DNA of 64,000 bases from a virus: positions 32,001-96,000 of IMG/VR virus record IMGVR_UViG_3300028549_001461. One strand, written 5' to 3'. Shown here piece by piece: positions 59,535-64,000 of the stretch. Each line of letters opens with the position of its first letter. Within the stretch, counting starts at the first letter, position 1. The translations under genes were made by a program, and so were the position numbers. The notes beneath the pieces were generated by a model. That model worked only from the letters and a program-made list of their open reading frames with translations. It did not search any database and was not told the origin of the DNA.

Positions 59535-61472
59535 ATGGCTAATTTAGTGTCTTTCGTTGATTTACCTGAGTTGCCAATTCCTACATACGAATATGTTAAG
59601 GATGAATTTAGAGCAAGAGAAATTCTTTCTATACTTGATAATTACCCCGTACTTGAGGTCGATACTGAAGGTACCTCTTTAGACCCATTTGGTTGTAGAA
59701 CCACATTAATACAGATAGGCATACCTAATATGGCTTATGTTTTTGATGTGCGTAGTGACTTACCTGATATAACAATACACGGAAGCTTATTTAAAGGTAT
59801 ACTCACAGATAAAAGAATATTGAAACTTTTACAGAACGCCAATTACGATATGAAGGTACTTAAAGTTCAGTATGGTTTTTATATAGAGAATGTCTACGAT
59901 ACTATGTTAACTGAAATATTACTTTATCTTGGTATACAGGAATCAGGTTTTAGTTTAGCTAAGTTAGTAGAAAAATATTTAGGTATGGTTATGAATAAAG
60001 AGCCGAGGGGAACTTTTGAAGCTTATGACCAAGAGTTTTCAGACAAACAGATAGCTTATGCAGCTAATGACGTTTGTGTTCTTGATTTTATAAGAAACAT
60101 GCAGAAGCCACGTCTTGAAAAGTACAATCTACAGGAAGTACATAAGTTAGAAATGTCCTTTATAAAACCTCTTGTAGAGATGGAACTGAATGGTGTTAAG
60201 TTAGATGTTGTTAAATGGCGTATTATGATGTCGGAGTTTGCAAAAGAGCTAGAGGTATTTAAATCCTTCATAGAAGATAGTTTACAAGTTACACAAGATC
60301 AACTATCCTTATTTGATGTACCTACTGTTAATATAGCAAGTCCAGTACAATTAAAAACAGCTTTAAATAGATTGGGTATAAAGGTTGAATCTACGTCTAA
60401 TGACGTACTAAAGAAATACTCACATCATAAAGTTATTGAAAATTTATTATCATATAGAAAAAATTCTAAATTGGTTAATACTTATGGTGAAGCTTTAATA
60501 GATAGAATACATCCAAAAACAGGTCGTTTACATACTGAGTTTAAGCAGATGGTTTCAACTGGTAGACTATCTTCCAATAACCCAAATTTACAGAATATTC
60601 CAGGGAAACAAAAGTTTAGATCCTGTTTTATAGCTGACTATAAAATGTGTTTAATAACAGTGGATCAGAATTCTGCTGAGTTAGTAATAATGGGGGCAAT
60701 GTCGGGAGAACCTAACTTCATAGATACTTATGAAAAGGGACTAGATTTACACACAGTGAATGCTTCCCGTATTTATGGTGTGCCGTATGATAAAGTTACT
60801 CCAGAACAAAGAAAGGCTTCAAAAGCAATATCGTTCGGTTTAGCTTATGGTATATCAGCAGTTGGTTTAGGCAAGCGTTTAGGTATTCCTAAAGAAGCTG
60901 CACAAAAACTTATTGATGCCTATTTTAAAGCAAATAATGTATTGTGTTCTTGGTTGAATAAAGCAGCTAAAGATGCTGTAAGAACACATAGTAGTGTTAC
61001 TATTACTGGTAGACATCGTTTTTATAATATACCATCGATGAGTGACCCAGCTAGAAAAGCCATCATTGGTTCAGTAGAACGGGCTTCTAAGAATCACAAA
61101 ATTCAAGGTTCAGACAGTGACACAATTAAATTAGCTATGATTTTATGTGTCGATAGATTGGAAGAACTGAATGTTGGCGCAAGATTACTTTTATCTGTGC
61201 ACGATGAAATTGTTGTTGAGTCTCCTATAGAGCATGCAGAAGAAGTAGCTAAGGTCGTAGTTAGTGCTGTGGATGATGCCTTTAACTACTACTTTCCTAT
61301 AATGCCTATGAAAACATCTCCAGTAATTGGACCATGTTGGATTAAAGGTGAGTGCGAGGCGAAAAATACAGAAACAGGTAAGAAGTGTGAACATAATGTT
61401 ATGCAATTTATTGAAGATACACACTATGGTTCTAAGCTAGTTTGTGCTAAATGTGGTGCTCCACAAGAATAA
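59535..61472 (+). CDS. polA: Family A DNA polymerase with 3'-5' exonuclease and no 5'-3' nuclease domain
   Basis: ExoI VDTEG, ExoII NANYD, ExoIII YAAND; TGRLSSNNPNLQNIP; motif B RKASKAISFGLAYG; motif C VHDEIV. Confidence 0.95.
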   Translation: MANLVSFVDLPELPIPTYEYVKDEFRAREILSILDNYPVLEVDTEGTSLDPFGCRTTLIQIGIPNMAYVFDVRSDLPDITIHGSLFKGILTDKRILKLLQNANYDMKVLKVQYGFYIENVYDTMLTEILLYLGIQESGFSLAKLVEKYLGMVMNKEPRGTFEAYDQEFSDKQIAYAANDVCVLDFIRNMQKPRLEKYNLQEVHKLEMSFIKPLVEMELNGVKLDVVKWRIMMSEFAKELEVFKSFIEDSLQVTQDQLSLFDVPTVNIASPVQLKTALNRLGIKVESTSNDVLKKYSHHKVIENLLSYRKNSKLVNTYGEALIDRIHPKTGRLHTEFKQMVSTGRLSSNNPNLQNIPGKQKFRSCFIADYKMCLITVDQNSAELVIMGAMSGEPNFIDTYEKGLDLHTVNASRIYGVPYDKVTPEQRKASKAISFGLAYGISAVGLGKRLGIPKEAAQKLIDAYFKANNVLCSWLNKAAKDAVRTHSSVTITGRHRFYNIPSMSDPARKAIIGSVERASKNHKIQGSDSDTIKLAMILCVDRLEELNVGARLLLSVHDEIVVESPIEHAEEVAKVVVSAVDDAFNYYFPIMPMKTSPVIGPCWIKGECEAKNTETGKKCEHNVMQFIEDTHYGSKLVCAKCGAPQE

Positions 61473-61486
61473 TAAGAGAGGTTGTA

Positions 61487-61867
61487 ATGGTTGAAGTTGG
61501 TAATAATATAAAAATTATATTTACAAGATTTAATAAGCATGTTATAATAGATGACATTGGTGGTGAATTACTTTTATATAATCACTCCTATATTTGCGAT
61601 TTTGAAGATGCCTATTCTATTGATATGCTGAAAAAATACATTTTCACAGGAGTAAAATTAGAAAAGCTCCATGATACAGTGGTCATGCGCCTTCAAGATT
61701 TATATGGTGACCCTGTAGAATATATAATATACAATGGTTTTATATTCGTAAAGCGTACTAGTACAACAGATACTGATGAGCCAGTGTGTGTAGTTAGTTT
61801 TGTTAGTAAGAATACTACATTATTTAATAAGCAGTTTTATGCAATTTTTATTGAAAAAGTAAATTAA
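61487..61867 (+). CDS. Hypothetical protein
   Basis: ATG 61487 after GAGG preferred over the overlapping upstream start. Confidence 0.6.
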   Translation: MVEVGNNIKIIFTRFNKHVIIDDIGGELLLYNHSYICDFEDAYSIDMLKKYIFTGVKLEKLHDTVVMRLQDLYGDPVEYIIYNGFIFVKRTSTTDTDEPVCVVSFVSKNTTLFNKQFYAIFIEKVN

Positions 61868-61881
61868 AAAGAGAGGTTTAT

Positions 61882-62121
61882 ATGAAAATATTTAAAACTG
61901 AACAACTTGCTTTACAGTCTCTTGTAGAAAAAGAAATGTACTATTTAAATGGCTTTTGCCCCTATACTGAGTGTGGTAAAGTTGTTGATAGATTGTGTGG
62001 AAATTGGTGTGCTTTATTTTATTATGACAAAGGTAATGAGAATACTAGTCCCTATGTTATTTTAGGTTGTAAAGCAGGTGAAAAATATCTTTATGTTGAA
62101 AAATTAGTGGAGGAAGTATGA
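61882..62121 (+). CDS. Small Cys-rich hypothetical protein
   Basis: GAGG site; FCPY..C...CGNWCALF motif. Confidence 0.65.
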   Translation: MKIFKTEQLALQSLVEKEMYYLNGFCPYTECGKVVDRLCGNWCALFYYDKGNENTSPYVILGCKAGEKYLYVEKLVEEV

Positions 62122-62582
62122 TAGCAAATGTGTGTGGTTGTTCTAATGACGCTTTAGATATTAAAATTAAATATCATAGTAAAGACATTAATGATGTAGC
62201 TAAGATTAGAGTCGGTGACTGGATTGATCTTAGATCTGCTGAATATGTTGAAATGAAAATGTTTGATTTTAAATTTATATCCTTAGGTATTTCTATGGAG
62301 ATACCAGAAGGTTACGAAATGCTACTCGCTCCAAGAGGTAGTACTTTTAAAAATTTTGGAATTATACAACCCAATAGCCCAGGTGTTATTGATAATTCTT
62401 ACTGTGGTGATGACGATATTATAAAAATGCCAGCACTTGCTATGCGTGATACTATAATAAATATTAATGACCGGATTTGTCAGTTTAGATTACTACCTAA
62501 TCAAAAAACACTAAATTTTATAGTAGTGGATTCTTTGAGTAATAGTAATCGCGGAGGATTTGGTTCTTCTGGCAAAAATTAA
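62118..62582 (+). CDS. dut: dUTPase (trimeric family)
   Basis: WIDLRS, APRGST, GVIDNSYCG, DRICQF, RGGFGSSG. Confidence 0.95.
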   Translation: MIANVCGCSNDALDIKIKYHSKDINDVAKIRVGDWIDLRSAEYVEMKMFDFKFISLGISMEIPEGYEMLLAPRGSTFKNFGIIQPNSPGVIDNSYCGDDDIIKMPALAMRDTIININDRICQFRLLPNQKTLNFIVVDSLSNSNRGGFGSSGKN

Positions 62583-62593
62583 TAGGAGACCTT

Positions 62594-64000
62594 ATGTTAT
62601 CAATTGATACACTAAATTTAATTAAATATGAAAATGTGAAAAATATATCTAGTAAGGAATATTTTTCTAAAGATGAATATGCTCATAGCATGTTTGATAC
62701 AAAATACTGTATTAGATGGGATGAATTTGGAAAAGTAATTTCTGATACTAAACTACCTTATGCTGTTATAGAAACACCAGCAGATGTTTTTTGGCGTGTA
62801 GCTTCTGGTTTAGCTTCTGTAGAATCTTCGGATTATAATAGAGATTTATACAGTAGACATTGGTTTGCTCTTATGTGGTTGGGTTGGTTTCGTCCAGGTG
62901 GAAGTGTTATGGCTGGTGTAGGGGCACCTTCACTTAAATCCCTTCTAAATTGTACTACATTACCTTTATCGGAAGATTCCTTGGAGGGCATTAATAAAAT
63001 CGATTACGATATAATGAAATGTGCCGCTTTTAGACAGGGTTTAGGTTTTGATGGATCTACACTAAGACCCAGAGGTGCTAAAGTAAATAATGCTGCTGAA
63101 GAGAGTACTGGTAGTGTACCATGGATTGAAAAGCTGGTAGATAATGGTGAATGGGTTGGACAGAAGGGACGAAAACCAGCTATTTTGGTTAGTTTAAAAG
63201 ATCATCATCCTGATATATTTGAATTTGTTTGTTCTAAGACTGAGAAAGGCAAGCTTGAGAATGCCAATATATCTGTTCAGATCTCAAATAAATTTATAGA
63301 AGCAGTAAAAAATAATTCTACTTGGGAACTATTTTTTGAATTTTCAGGTGATAGCTCATATGAACGTATTTCAAAAACTGTACTTGCCCAAGATTTATTT
63401 AATTTAATTGCAGAGAAAGCTTTTAAGCATGGTGAGCCAGGAGTACAGTTTATAGATCTATTGCGTGAAGGATCTATGGTACATCAGATTTACTTAGATA
63501 CTGCTGATGGTAGATTTAAAATTATTTCTACAAATGCATGTAGTGAGAAGAGTTTGCCACCTTATGGTGTATGTAACTTACTTTCTCCAAACCATGCTAT
63601 GTTTTCATCTCTACCAGAGATTTATAAACAAGAATTGGCTTTTATTGTACCCTATATGGTACGTATGTCCGACAATGTTGTAAGCTACGAATTAGTAAAT
63701 AAGTTATCGCCTTTAAAAGAACAGGCTTGGATTTTAGAGCAGACTCGTGAGGTAGGTTTAGGTATAACAAATATTCACGGCTGGTTATTAGCCCAAGATC
63801 TGGCTTATGACTCTGACGAAGCTATACAAGCCGTAGGTGATTTCTTTAAGAACTACTCTTGTGCTGTTTTTAAAGCCTCAATTGAGTTGGGTAATGAGAA
63901 AGGAAGTGCCCCGTCTTTTGATATAGTTTCAGATGTAAAGGTTTTTATGGGGTCTTCTTATTTTAATAATGTAGTTAATGAGCTTTTCAACGGTGATTAT
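62594..64000 (+). CDS. nrdJ: Ribonucleotide reductase large subunit, probably class II (B12-dependent); 3'-truncated by the window
   Basis: Absent from the ORF track; translated by hand from ATG 62594 (AGGAG site): ETPADVFWRVA, FRPGG, SLLNC, DSLEGI, LRPRGA, HPDIFEF, NANISV, GEPGVQFID, TNACSE, CNL, REVGLG. Confidence 0.85.
   Translation, partial: MLSIDTLNLIKYENVKNISSKEYFSKDEYAHSMFDTKYCIRWDEFGKVISDTKLPYAVIETPADVFWRVASGLASVESSDYNRDLYSRHWFALMWLGWFRPGGSVMAGVGAPSLKSLLNCTTLPLSEDSLEGINKIDYDIMKCAAFRQGLGFDGSTLRPRGAKVNNAAEESTGSVPWIEKLVDNGEWVGQKGRKPAILVSLKDHHPDIFEFVCSKTEKGKLENANISVQISNKFIEAVKNNSTWELFFEFSGDSSYERISKTVLAQDLFNLIAEKAFKHGEPGVQFIDLLREGSMVHQIYLDTADGRFKIISTNACSEKSLPPYGVCNLLSPNHAMFSSLPEIYKQELAFIVPYMVRMSDNVVSYELVNKLSPLKEQAWILEQTREVGLGITNIHGWLLAQDLAYDSDEAIQAVGDFFKNYSCAVFKASIELGNEKGSAPSFDIVSDVKVFMGSSYFNNVVNELFNGDY

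Noticed and set aside
1273-61424. Short minus-strand and alternate-frame ORFs in the track (e.g. 1933-2247, 9714-10160, 32414-32785, 47938-48360, 30250-30501)
   Set aside because: They lie within or across longer, motif-bearing + strand genes and show no recognisable motifs; treated as shadow ORFs.
54564-62582. Uracil- or hydroxymethyluracil-substituted genome
   Set aside because: An intact ThyX and dUTPase point to normal dTTP synthesis and dUTP removal; no dUMP hydroxymethylase is in the window.
43774-64000. Bacterial chromosomal origin of dnaN, recA, dnaB, dnaJ, dnaX and polA
   Set aside because: The genes are divergent and packed together, unlike bacterial gene order (no dnaA, gyrB, dnaK or ribosomal genes), and they adjoin a long virion module.
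1-64000. Stop-codon reassignment (alternative genetic code)
   Set aside because: ORFs up to 2269 aa are intact in the standard code, conserved enzymes are full length, and TAA, TAG and TGA all end genes.
1-64000. Diversity-generating retroelement, introns/inteins, tRNAs, transposases
   Set aside because: No reverse transcriptase, adenine-variant repeat pair, intein-sized insertion in RecA, DnaB, PolA or the visible RNR part, tRNA-like cloverleaf or transposase motif was seen by eye; intergenic gaps are mostly too short. tRNAscan and a self-BLAST would confirm.

Overview
This AT-rich window looks like part of a large (jumbo-type) tailed bacteriophage genome. All credible genes lie on the + strand, are tightly packed (several TAATG stop/start overlaps), use the standard genetic code and often have AGGAG-type Shine-Dalgarno sites. 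Bases 1-43.7 kb form a virion/tail module. It begins with the 3' part of a tape-measure-like protein carrying an HEXXH metallopeptidase motif and an 11-aa repeat. A baseplate-hub-like gene and small Cys-rich genes follow, then many large, mosaic, partly paralogous proteins with Ig-like, LamG, discoidin, beta-propeller and DUF2341-like modules. A near-consensus sigma70 promoter at 43698 opens the replication, recombination and nucleotide module: DnaN clamp, RecA, DnaB, primase, SSB, DnaJ, RuvC-like resolvase, Cas4/RecB-like nuclease, ThyX, NUDIX, DnaX, family A polymerase, dUTPase and a class II-type ribonucleotide reductase that runs off the end. Embedded in this module are two glycosyltransferases, two methyltransferase-like genes and a degenerate KdsC-like HAD protein. 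Most notable observations: (i) the family A polymerase has a perfect QLSLF clamp-binding motif at the thumb tip, alongside phage-encoded DnaN and DnaX, suggesting a hybrid PolA/beta-clamp replisome; (ii) a candidate glycosylation system that may be paired with a recurrent T-x-S-G motif in virion proteins; (iii) a 16-bp perfect inverted repeat over the thyX promoter; (iv) a twin-hairpin plus 14-codon leader element before the 1890-aa gene. All calls come from motifs read by eye; no database searches were run.
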